In this document: positions 54,614 through 62,891 of the stretch, one piece after another
Layout of the letters: every line of letters begins with the position of its first letter
Position numbering within the stretch: position 1 is the first letter of the stretch
Made by a program: the position numbers and the translations under genes
Origin: Actinomycetota bacterium
GTDB taxonomy: Bacteria; Actinomycetota; Acidimicrobiia; Acidimicrobiales; Iamiaceae
Assembly: GCA_040255345.1 (NCBI GenBank)
Contig: JBDZUV010000001.1
Coordinates: 920 to 64,919, forward strand
Length of the DNA stretch: 64,000 bases
Direction: 5' to 3'
The notes under the pieces: model-generated
The model's input: only the letters and a program-made list of their open reading frames with translations
Databases searched by the model: none
What the model was told of the DNA's origin: nothing

Positions 54614-56179
54614 ATGTCACTTCCAGATGAAACCGCTCCGCGCACACCCGAAGCCGTGCCGAAAGTCGTGGTCGTCGGAGCCGGTCCTGCGGGTCTGACC
54701 GCGGCGTTCCAGTTGCACAAGTACGACGTGGCTTCCACGGTGCTCGAGGCCTCGGACGAGATCGGTGGGATCTCCCGGACGGCGAAGCGGGACGGTTGGC
54801 GCTTCGACATCGGCGGTCACCGGTTCTTCACCAAGGTCTCCCAGGTGGATGACCTGTGGCACGAGATCCTGCCCGAAGAGGACTTTCTGATGCGGCCCCG
54901 CAAGAGCCGCATCTTCTACGAGGGCAAGTACTTCGACTACCCCATCAAGGCCAGCAACGCCCTGATCAATCTGGGGCCCGTCGAGGCGGTGCGCTGTGTC
55001 GCCTCCTATGTGTCCGCGCGGATCCGCCCGCCGAAGGATCAGACCAACTACGAAGGCTGGTTGGTCGCCCGCTTCGGCTGGCGGCTCTACCGCACGTTCT
55101 TCAAGACCTACACCGAGAAGCTCTGGGGCGTGCCGGTATCCGAGATGCCCGCGGACTGGGCCGCGCAACGGGTCAAGGGCCTGTCTCTGGGCAACGCGAT
55201 CGTGAACGCGCTCATGCCCAAGCGCAACCAGAAGGACATCACCTCGCTCATCGAGGAGTTCCAGTACCCCAAATACGGGCCCGGCATGATGTGGGAGGTG
55301 TGCCGCGACACGATCGAGAAGAAGGGTTCGACGGTCACGATGGACACCACCGTGACGAAGATCCGCCACACCGACGGGCGTGCGACGGCGGTCGTCGGTA
55401 CCCACCCCGACGGCACCACGACCGAGTACCCGGCGACCGAGGTGATCTCGTCGATGCCGATCTCGCACCTGCTCGAGGCGATGGACCCGCCGGTGCCCGA
55501 CGACGTGAAAGCCGCCGCGGCCGACCTGCGTTACCGCGACTATCTGATCGTGGCGCTCGTGCTACCCGAAGCCAGTGTCGACTTCGACGACAACTGGATC
55601 TACATCCATGATCCGGCGGTGCGGACGATGCGCATCCAGAACTTCGGGTCGTGGTCGCCCTACATGGTCAAAGAGGGCTTCAACACGCTCGGGCTGGAAT
55701 ACACCGTGTGGGAAGGCGACGACGAGTGGAACATGGCCGATGACGACCTCGTACGACGGGCCAAGGAAGAGCTCGAACGCCTCGGGTTGGCCCACATCTC
55801 GGAGATCCGTGAGGGCTACGTGGTGCGCCAGGCCAAGGCGTACCCGATCTACGACGACCGTTATCGGGCCAACGTGGACGTGCTACGGGCATGGCTACGC
55901 GAACACGCCGCGAACGTGCACCCGGTCGGGCGCAACGGGATGTTCCGCTACAACAACCAGGACCACTCGATGTTCACCGCGATGCTCACGGTCGAGAACA
56001 TCATGACGGGCACCTCCCACGACGTGTGGGAGGTCAACGTCGAAGAGGAGTACCACGAGGAGTCAGGCGCACCGCGGTCGGGCGAGGATCGTCCCGCAGG
56101 CAGCCACGGCACCGGCCGGGACGCACCCGTGATCAGCCGGGAGACCCTCGAGGCCCACGGCCGCGTCAACCAGGGCTGA
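54614..56179 (+). CDS. NAD(P)/FAD-dependent oxidoreductase (amine-oxidase/UDP-galactopyranose-mutase-like fold)
   Basis: Track ORF. It has the VVVVGAGPAGLTAAFQL dinucleotide-binding motif followed by LEASDEIGGISRT...GGHRFF. Confidence 0.75.
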   Translation: MSLPDETAPRTPEAVPKVVVVGAGPAGLTAAFQLHKYDVASTVLEASDEIGGISRTAKRDGWRFDIGGHRFFTKVSQVDDLWHEILPEEDFLMRPRKSRIFYEGKYFDYPIKASNALINLGPVEAVRCVASYVSARIRPPKDQTNYEGWLVARFGWRLYRTFFKTYTEKLWGVPVSEMPADWAAQRVKGLSLGNAIVNALMPKRNQKDITSLIEEFQYPKYGPGMMWEVCRDTIEKKGSTVTMDTTVTKIRHTDGRATAVVGTHPDGTTTEYPATEVISSMPISHLLEAMDPPVPDDVKAAAADLRYRDYLIVALVLPEASVDFDDNWIYIHDPAVRTMRIQNFGSWSPYMVKEGFNTLGLEYTVWEGDDEWNMADDDLVRRAKEELERLGLAHISEIREGYVVRQAKAYPIYDDRYRANVDVLRAWLREHAANVHPVGRNGMFRYNNQDHSMFTAMLTVENIMTGTSHDVWEVNVEEEYHEESGAPRSGEDRPAGSHGTGRDAPVISRETLEAHGRVNQG

Positions 56180-56289
56180 CTCCCCCGGAGCTTCCCCGAC
56201 CGCCACGGCGGAGCGGCCGCGACGAGCCGACCGGGTGACCGCTGGAGCGACCAGGCCCGCGTGGCGACCGGTTCCCTCGAGGTTCCTCT

Positions 56290-57051
56290 TCAGGAGGGCG
56301 CGGCCGACCGATTCGTCAACGCCCGAAACCGATCTCGGACCCCCCAGCGGGTGACGAGGATCATCGACTCCGCCATGATGCGGCCCGACATCTTCGACTC
56401 GCCACGGACGCGGTCCGTGAAGGCGATCGGCACTTCGTCGATCCGCCCGCCCCAGGCTGCCAGGCGGTAGGCCACCTCCATCTGGAAGGCGTAGCCGTTC
56501 GCGATCGTGTCACGAAAGTCGATCTCGTCCAACACGTCGGCCCGGTAGGCGCGGAATCCCGCCGTCGCGTCGTGGATGTGGATGCCCAGAAGCCAGGTCG
56601 CGTACGCGTTGCCCCATTTCGACAGCAGACGTCGGTGCAGCGGCCAGTGCGGTGTGCTCCCGCCCTGGACGTACCGTGACCCGATCGACACTCCCGCGCC
56701 GTCGTCGAGCCGCGCGAGCAGTGCCGGGATGATCGCCGGATCGTGGGAGAAGTCGACGTCGATCTGCACCAGCCGTGCATAGCCGTGGTCCAGCCCCCAG
56801 CCGAAGCCCGCACGATAGGCATTTCCCAGCCCGTCCTTGGTCGGACGCCGCAACACCTCGACCCGTCCGATCTCGCTGCCTTTGGCCTCGGCGAGATCCG
56901 CGGTTCCGTCCGGCGAGTTGTCGTCGACCACCAGGATGTCGGCCTCGGGAGCGACCCGGCGGACCGTTTCCAGGAACAGTTCGATGTTCGGTGCCTCGAT
57001 GTAGGTGGGGGCGACGACGAGGGTACGGCCCGGCCCGTCTGGAGAACTCAC
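56290..57051 (-). CDS. Polyprenol-phosphate mannose synthase-like GT2 (Ppm1/DPM1-type)
   Basis: Track ORF 56290..57171 trimmed to GTG 57051 (AAAGGA 9 nt upstream). Features are LVVAPTYIEAPNI, ILVVDDNSPDGT, QIDVDFSHDP and DATAGFRAY. Confidence 0.8.
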   Translation of the reverse strand: MSSPDGPGRTLVVAPTYIEAPNIELFLETVRRVAPEADILVVDDNSPDGTADLAEAKGSEIGRVEVLRRPTKDGLGNAYRAGFGWGLDHGYARLVQIDVDFSHDPAIIPALLARLDDGAGVSIGSRYVQGGSTPHWPLHRRLLSKWGNAYATWLLGIHIHDATAGFRAYRADVLDEIDFRDTIANGYAFQMEVAYRLAAWGGRIDEVPIAFTDRVRGESKMSGRIMAESMILVTRWGVRDRFRALTNRSAAPS

Positions 57052-57071
57052 GCGACGTGTTCCTTTCGCTC

Positions 57072-57881
57072 TCAGTAGGGCCAGGTCTCGCCGTCGTGCC
57101 CGAGCAGCCGGGTGAGCCGCCCCAGGCGAGCGGTGAGCAGCACCTTGATCAACACGTTGCGCGCGAACCAACCCAACTCACCGAGTTGTCTGGCCTGGCT
57201 CCGCCGACGCTCGGCCGGGCTCATCGGGCCGCGGCGGTACTCCGCCATCGACCGTGAACGGCCGACGTAGCGCCACTCCGACGAGAACAGGTACGTGCGC
57301 AACAGCGCGAGTGTGACCCCGATCGAACTCCACGAATCGTGGACGAGCAGCGTCCCGCCGTCGGCGACCCGGCGCCCCCAGTCCACCATGTCCGCTCGGG
57401 CCGGGCCGTAGCGATGGGCGCCGTCGATGTAGAGCAGATCGATCGGGCCTGCGACATCCCCGAGGGCTTCGGCCGAGAGTTTGCGCACATGGCGGACGCG
57501 GTCGACGACTCCCGCCCGCGTGAGATTCGCGACGAAGATCTCGTTGTCGCTCTGCCCGAGTTCGCTCGTGGTGACGATCTCCTGGGGGCCGCGGTCGGTA
57601 CCGAGGTGCGGGTCGATCGCGACGATCTCGGTGCCTTCGGGCGCCGCCGTGGCGAGCATGATCATCGACCGTCCACGAAAGCTGCCGATCTCCACGATCC
57701 GCGCCCCGTCGGCGAGTTCGCCGGCCCGGTCCCAGAGTCGACGTGCCTGATCATGGGACATCCAGCCGTCGACGTCACCGACCGAGGCCCAGGCGCTGTC
57801 GAAATCCGTTGCAGGTGCGTTCAAGGTGGTTCTCCGGGGGGCCGACGCCGCACGCTCGGGGGCATCCCGACGCGAGGTCAA
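57072..57881 (-). CDS. Class I SAM-dependent methyltransferase (Methyltransf_24-like)
   Basis: Track ORF. Features are IVEIGSFRGRSMIMLA, IVAIDPH and LLYIDGAHRYGPARADM. Confidence 0.7.
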   Translation of the reverse strand: MTSRRDAPERAASAPRRTTLNAPATDFDSAWASVGDVDGWMSHDQARRLWDRAGELADGARIVEIGSFRGRSMIMLATAAPEGTEIVAIDPHLGTDRGPQEIVTTSELGQSDNEIFVANLTRAGVVDRVRHVRKLSAEALGDVAGPIDLLYIDGAHRYGPARADMVDWGRRVADGGTLLVHDSWSSIGVTLALLRTYLFSSEWRYVGRSRSMAEYRRGPMSPAERRRSQARQLGELGWFARNVLIKVLLTARLGRLTRLLGHDGETWPY

Positions 57882-57919
57882 AACCCTAGTGGTTGGTCGG
57901 TCTGTGGCCCGTCATGGGC

Positions 57920-57940
57920 GGGGCCGACGCGCGCGGCCCC
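57920..57940 (-). terminator. GC-rich hairpin downstream of cvnD (possible terminator/attenuator, no U-tract)
   Basis: GGGGCCG-N7-CGGCCCC, a 7-bp stem, lies 52 nt after the cvnD stop and 39 nt before the methyltransferase start. Confidence 0.25.
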
Positions 57941-57991
57941 TGCCCCCGAGCGTGTCGGGATGCGCCCGGCCGACGCTCGCGCGGTCGGTGG

Positions 57992-58597
57992 TCAGACGGC
58001 CGCGGCCGTGGCGCGGGCGAGCGCGTGCTGCACCAGCTCGAGCAGCACCATCTTGGTGGAGGCCCGTTCCCGGGCGTCGCACAACAGCACCGGCGTGTCC
58101 GGCGAGACGGCGACGGCTTCGCGGATCTCGTTCGGGTCGTAGGCGACCTTGCCTTCGAAGCAGTTGACACCGACCACGAAGGGCACCTTGTGCTCCTCGA
58201 AGTAGTCGATCGCCGGGAAGCATTCCTCGAGCTTGCGAGTGTCCACGAGCACCACGGCGCCGATCGCACCCCGCACCAGGTCGTCCCACATGAACCAGAA
58301 CCGGTCCTGTCCGGGGGTGCCGAACAGGTACAGCACCAGGTCGGACCCCAGACCGATCCGGCCGAAGTCCATGGCGACCGTGGTCGTCGTCTTCTTGTCG
58401 GCACTGCCGATGTTGTCGACGTCCTCGGCGACGCGGGTCATGGCGGCTTCGGTCGTCAACGGGTCGATCTCGGAGATCGACCCGACGAACGTCGTCTTGC
58501 CGACGGCGAAACCGCCGGCGACGACGATCTTGACCGGCATCGGCGCGGCGTTGCCACCCGAGTTCACTGCCTGGTTGTCAGAGGGCTTGGAGGCCAT
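57992..58597 (-). CDS. cvnD: Conservon GTPase CvnD (Ras/MglA-like ATP/GTP-binding protein)
   Basis: Track ORF. Motifs are KIVVAGGFAVGKTTF (P-loop), LFGTPGQDRF (G3) and VGVNCFEG. The start is ATG 58597 or ATG 58540 (MPVKIVV...). Confidence 0.85.
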   Translation of the reverse strand: MASKPSDNQAVNSGGNAAPMPVKIVVAGGFAVGKTTFVGSISEIDPLTTEAAMTRVAEDVDNIGSADKKTTTTVAMDFGRIGLGSDLVLYLFGTPGQDRFWFMWDDLVRGAIGAVVLVDTRKLEECFPAIDYFEEHKVPFVVGVNCFEGKVAYDPNEIREAVAVSPDTPVLLCDARERASTKMVLLELVQHALARATAAAV

Positions 58598-58940
58598 CGA
58601 GCACCCTTTCGAGAAGTTTCAGATCCGGACGATCCCCCGCTGGTCGTGGACGGTTGAATTCCACGAGCCCCTCTTCGGTCATGTCACCGATCAGCACGCG
58701 CGCCACCCCCAGGGGCACATGCAGATACGCCGAGATCTCCGCGATCGACAGCGGAGCGTGACACATCTCGACGATCCGCGCCCGCTCCATCGTCAGACGC
58801 GGTGCGACCGACTCACCCTTCCTGGTGGTGACGACGATCGTCTCCAGCGGGATGTCGGTGTTCGAACGGGTACGTCCACCGGTGATCGCATAGGGCCTGA
58901 CCCGCAGGCGGCCGTTGCTGCGGTCGTCAGGGGGAGTCAT
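58578..58940 (-). CDS. cvnC: Conservon protein CvnC (DUF742)
   Basis: Track ORF 58578..59045 trimmed to ATG 58940 (ATGA overlap with the cvnB stop). Features are RVRPYAITGGRTRS and PLSIAEISAYLHVPLGVARVLIGDM (wHTH-like), typical of DUF742. Confidence 0.8.
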   Translation of the reverse strand: MTPPDDRSNGRLRVRPYAITGGRTRSNTDIPLETIVVTTRKGESVAPRLTMERARIVEMCHAPLSIAEISAYLHVPLGVARVLIGDMTEEGLVEFNRPRPAGDRPDLKLLERVLDGLQAL

Positions 58941-59359
58941 TGGGGCAGCGCTCCCTGTAGCTCGGCGCGGAGTTCGGGTGTGAGCACCGAGCCGCACCGC
59001 TCCACCAGCACGGCCATCTCGTAGCCCACGAGACCCACGTCGCACGTGGCGTCGGCCAGGACCGTCAGCGACGATCCGTCGCTGATTCCCGTCACGAACA
59101 GGAACGAGTGTTCCATCTCGATGATGACCTGGGTCACCGCACCGCCACCGAAACGCCCGGCCGCTCCGTAGGCGAGGCCGATCAGTCCCGACGCGACGGC
59201 GGCGAACCGATCGGCACCGTCACGGTCCATGCCCACCGACACCGCCATGGGCAGCCCGTCGGAAGAGACGACCACGGCGTCCTGGACGCCCGCCACACGA
59301 TCGACGAAGTTCGCCACCAACCAGTTGATGTTGCGAGCTTCACTCGACAGTTCGATCAT
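58937..59359 (-). CDS. cvnB: Conservon protein CvnB (roadblock/LC7 domain)
   Basis: Track ORF. Features are INWLVANFVDRVAGVQDAVVVSSDGLPMA and FLFVTGISDGSSLTVLA (roadblock/MglB-like). Its start overlaps the cvnA stop as ATGA. Confidence 0.85.
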   Translation of the reverse strand: MIELSSEARNINWLVANFVDRVAGVQDAVVVSSDGLPMAVSVGMDRDGADRFAAVASGLIGLAYGAAGRFGGGAVTQVIIEMEHSFLFVTGISDGSSLTVLADATCDVGLVGYEMAVLVERCGSVLTPELRAELQGALPQ

Positions 59360-61833
59360 TGCCCACCTTCCTGTGGTGTCTGGCCATCCGGGGTCGTCTG
59401 GTCATCGGTGTCACGGCCCTTCTGCATCCCGCTGCGGTAGCGCGAAAGCATCGATCGTACTTCGTCGGGTGATCGCCGATTCTGCGTGGCCGAGCGTTCG
59501 CCGTCGCCACCGGGCACCGCCCGCTGGCCACCGGCGGCACGAGGCACCCGTTTGGTCAGTCCGCTCGATGTCGCAACCGGCGCGGGGGCGGTGTCGGCGG
59601 GAGCGGCGCCGTCGGTGGCGGGAGCCGGCTTCGGCGCCGTCGTGGTGCCACGTCGTGGCACCGATGACGGTGGCGGCGGCGCGGGCGATGGACGCGACGG
59701 CCGGTCCGAGCCGGCGTTCTGCGGTGCAGCCTGTGCCGACGGCGGTTTGGTGGGTCGGGGTGGAGGACGGCGATCGGTGGCAGCCGCGAGCGCGGCCGGG
59801 TCCCTGTCGGGGGCCGGTGGAGCGGCCGGACGATCCCGGTTCGCCAGCGCGGCGGGTTCGCTCGAGGTGCGGGGTTGGTCGGTGATGAGCGACGGCGGGA
59901 GCGACACCATGGCGGTCGTCCCACTGGAGGGCGACGGCATGAGCCGCACCGCGATGCCGAAGCGCGCGGCGAGCCGGCCGATCACGATGAAACCCAGTGA
60001 CCGTGACAACGCCAGGCCGACGAGGGGCGGGCGGGCCAGCAGATCGTTGGACTCGGCCAGTGCGTCGGGCGCCATGCCGATGCCGTGATCGGTGACCGAG
60101 ATGACATAGCCCTCGGCCTTGGTGCGGTGACCGACGACCTCGACACGGGTGTCGGGTGGCGAGAAGTTCGTCGCGTTCTCCATCAGCTCCGAGAGCAGAT
60201 GGGCGATGTCCAGCGCGGCATTCGACGCGACGAGCACCTCGTCGAACTGCAACATGTCGATACGGGCGAAGTCCTCGACCTCGCCGACCGCGGCGCGCAC
60301 GACGTCGGCGAGTGGTACGGGCTTCCCCCGCCTGCGGCTCGGTTCGGCACCGGCCAGCACCAGCAGCGACTCGGCGTTGCGACGCATCCGGGTCGCCAGA
60401 TGGTCGAGGCGGAAGAGGTTCTCGAGCTGATCGGGGTCCTCCTCCGCGGATTCCAGCTGGTCGATGAACTCGATCTGCCGGTCGAGCAGTCCCTGGTTCC
60501 GTCGCGCCAGGTTCACGAACATGTCACCGATGCCCTTGCGGAGCAACTGGGCCTGTTCGGTGGCCACCTCGACGGCCACTCCCTGGATGCGGTTGAAGGC
60601 CCCTGCGAGGCGGCCGATCTCGTCGGAACCGCCCACGTCGATCTCCGCGAACGACGAGGTCAGGTAGCTGACGTCGTCTTCGGCCGGGTTCTTCAGCGAG
60701 TCGACCAGTCGAGGAAGCTGCTCGTGGGAGAGGCGGTCGGCCGCACCGGTCAGTCGGTTCAACCGCTGGGTGATCGACCGCGAGATCCAGATCGCCCCGG
60801 CGATGGCGAGGGCGACGACCAGGAAACCACCGACCGCATACAGGCGGGAGGCCCGGACCGCATCCTTGCGGTCGGCCTCGATCTGGGCGCTGGTCCGGTC
60901 GGTCAGGTCGGTCGCGGCACCGGCGAGCTGGTTCACGTAGGTCTGCACGTCTTCCAGCGACACCGGTTGACCCGGGAACTCGAGCGAGTCGGGAGTCGCC
61001 TCGAACGACGTCCCGCTCATGGCCTGCTGGGTCTGCCAGTCGACGTTCAGGACGGTGTCGAGCGCCGTGGGGATCTTGACGCTCTGGTTGAAGTAGGTCT
61101 TGATCGAGGTCGAACCGGGGGCAACCCGGGTCAGCACGGCGTTCGCCTTGTCCTGCTCGCCGGCCTGGTCGTAGACCAGCGTACGATTCGACGGGTCGCC
61201 GATCGTCCACTGGTCGGCCCCGGCGGGCTGGGTCGTGATCGCCATCGTGCTCAGCGCGGTGGTCTGCAGGTTGTAGTCGAGCAGTGACGCGAGCTGTTCG
61301 AGCGGCACGACCACCTCAGGGGTCGAGGTCAGTCCGGCGAGCGACTGGACGTAGTCGACGAAGTGGTTGATCGACGCGCTCCGGTAGCTCTCGAGCTGGT
61401 CCGACCAGACGTCGGAGGGTTGGGAGCGGTAGCCCTTGAAGCTGCTCAGCGTCGCTTCGAGCGTCTCGAACGCCGACGCGGCGTCACTCGTGTCGCTGGC
61501 ACCGCCGCTCAGGTCGAGCCGCCGGTTCGCCTGATCGAAGTCCTCTACCGCCTTGTCGGTCGCCGATCGGATCTTCGCCACTCCACCGTCGGTGTTCTTC
61601 GTCGCGATCTGATCGACCGTCGCGACCATCTCGTGCTGCATCGCGGCGACGAGTCGAGCGGTGGATGCCGCGGCTGCGACGATGTGTTCGTCGGTGGTCG
61701 CCCGGTCGGCGGTGGTGTTGCGCTCGCCGTAGCCGATGCCCGCGAAGAACAGCAGCGCCACGACCGGCAGGAACAGCACCGCGACGAGCTTCGTACGGAT
61801 CTTGAAGTTGTTGAGGTTGAGTTTCTCGAACAC
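59356..61833 (-). CDS. cvnA: Conservon sensor-kinase-like protein CvnA (N-terminal sensing domain, TM/HAMP, HATPase, Pro-rich tail)
   Basis: Track ORF with a GTG start. It has an N-terminal TM (LVAVLFLPVVALLFFAGI), a second TM plus a HAMP-like segment, and an ATPase N-box/G1 (LMENATNFSP...VTDHGIGM). A Pro/Ala-rich C-terminal tail of about 200 aa follows. Confidence 0.85.
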   Translation of the reverse strand: MFEKLNLNNFKIRTKLVAVLFLPVVALLFFAGIGYGERNTTADRATTDEHIVAAAASTARLVAAMQHEMVATVDQIATKNTDGGVAKIRSATDKAVEDFDQANRRLDLSGGASDTSDAASAFETLEATLSSFKGYRSQPSDVWSDQLESYRSASINHFVDYVQSLAGLTSTPEVVVPLEQLASLLDYNLQTTALSTMAITTQPAGADQWTIGDPSNRTLVYDQAGEQDKANAVLTRVAPGSTSIKTYFNQSVKIPTALDTVLNVDWQTQQAMSGTSFEATPDSLEFPGQPVSLEDVQTYVNQLAGAATDLTDRTSAQIEADRKDAVRASRLYAVGGFLVVALAIAGAIWISRSITQRLNRLTGAADRLSHEQLPRLVDSLKNPAEDDVSYLTSSFAEIDVGGSDEIGRLAGAFNRIQGVAVEVATEQAQLLRKGIGDMFVNLARRNQGLLDRQIEFIDQLESAEEDPDQLENLFRLDHLATRMRRNAESLLVLAGAEPSRRRGKPVPLADVVRAAVGEVEDFARIDMLQFDEVLVASNAALDIAHLLSELMENATNFSPPDTRVEVVGHRTKAEGYVISVTDHGIGMAPDALAESNDLLARPPLVGLALSRSLGFIVIGRLAARFGIAVRLMPSPSSGTTAMVSLPPSLITDQPRTSSEPAALANRDRPAAPPAPDRDPAALAAATDRRPPPRPTKPPSAQAAPQNAGSDRPSRPSPAPPPPSSVPRRGTTTAPKPAPATDGAAPADTAPAPVATSSGLTKRVPRAAGGQRAVPGGDGERSATQNRRSPDEVRSMLSRYRSGMQKGRDTDDQTTPDGQTPQEGGQ

Positions 61834-61959
61834 GCCTTGGAAGACTCCTCACGCCCCGGTTCGACTCACATGGAATGCGATCGTCCGAGCGAAATCGCGC
61901 GGACCCGATGGTGCCCTCCATTCGGCTGCGGGACCACAACCTTGAGGATGCCCGACCCG

Positions 61960-61978
61960 CGACCCGCGAATCGGGTCG
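61960..61978. repeat. Inverted repeat CGACCCG-CGAAT-CGGGTCG in the cvnA / DUF4388 divergent spacer
   Basis: Read directly: 7-bp arms, preceded by a tandem GACCCGC GACCCGC. It may be an operator or RNA hairpin. Confidence 0.35.
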
Positions 61979-62150
61979 AACGAACTAGGCGGCCCACCGA
62001 AGCAGGCGCCCACCGCAGGCTAGTCGACTCGTCCTGCCGTCGAATCATGCCGCGCGGCTTCCGCTCCGGGGGACCCCTCGTCAGCTACCTTTGAGCCTCG
62101 TGACGACGATCGATGAGACCGATACACGGATGTCGGCGGGGGGAGACCAC

Positions 62151-62891
62151 ATGAGCGACGGCCCGGCACAGCTCTCGGGGAGTCTCGACGGGTTCGAGTT
62201 GGCCGAGCTGTTCGAACTGTTCACCGCCACACGGAGCACCGGGGTGCTCACCTTCAGCGAGCCGGTGGAGGCCACCCTGTGGATCACCGACGGGTTGATC
62301 TCCTATGGCACCTCACCGGGCACCCCGAATCCCCGTGAGTTGCTGAACCGTCAGGGCATCGCGACGACCGACCAGTTCGACGGGGCGGTCGCGGCCACGT
62401 CGCCGACCCAACTGTTGCACGAGACGCTCACCGACCTGTTCGAGGTCGACGCCGAGCGGGTCGCCGCGGTGGCGCGCGAGCAGATCATCACCACCGCGTT
62501 CGAGATCGTCGCCGTCGGAGCGGATTCGTTCGAGTTCCGCTCGGGTCGGACCGATCCGCTCGGTGCGGCGATCGAGATGGGTCACGTCGACGTGCTGACC
62601 GAGGCCGAGCGTCGCCGTGACGAATGGCGGCGGATCGCCGAGTTGATCCCGTCGACCGGCATCATCACCGCGCTCAGCCCCGAGCTGCCGGGTGGTCGCG
62701 ACGGCATCACGATCACCGCGGACGAATGGCAGATCCTCGCTCAGATCGACGGCCGGCGCAGCGCGGCCGACGTGATCGGTGTGCTCGGGCAGAGCGCGTT
62801 CGAGGTCTGTGGGGTGATGTACGAGCTGCTCCGTTCGGGCACGATCGAAGTCGTCGGACACCGCGCGGACGTCGACGACGACGAATGGTGA
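62151..62891 (+). CDS. DUF4388 domain protein
   Basis: Track ORF 62091..62891 (TTG) trimmed to ATG 62151, preceded by GGGGGGAG with a 5-nt spacing. The N-terminus LSGSLDGFELAELFELFTATRSTGVLTF matches the DUF4388 pattern (G-L-x-x-F-x-L-x-[DE]-L-x-Q/E-L). Confidence 0.7.
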   Translation: MSDGPAQLSGSLDGFELAELFELFTATRSTGVLTFSEPVEATLWITDGLISYGTSPGTPNPRELLNRQGIATTDQFDGAVAATSPTQLLHETLTDLFEVDAERVAAVAREQIITTAFEIVAVGADSFEFRSGRTDPLGAAIEMGHVDVLTEAERRRDEWRRIAELIPSTGIITALSPELPGGRDGITITADEWQILAQIDGRRSAADVIGVLGQSAFEVCGVMYELLRSGTIEVVGHRADVDDDEW

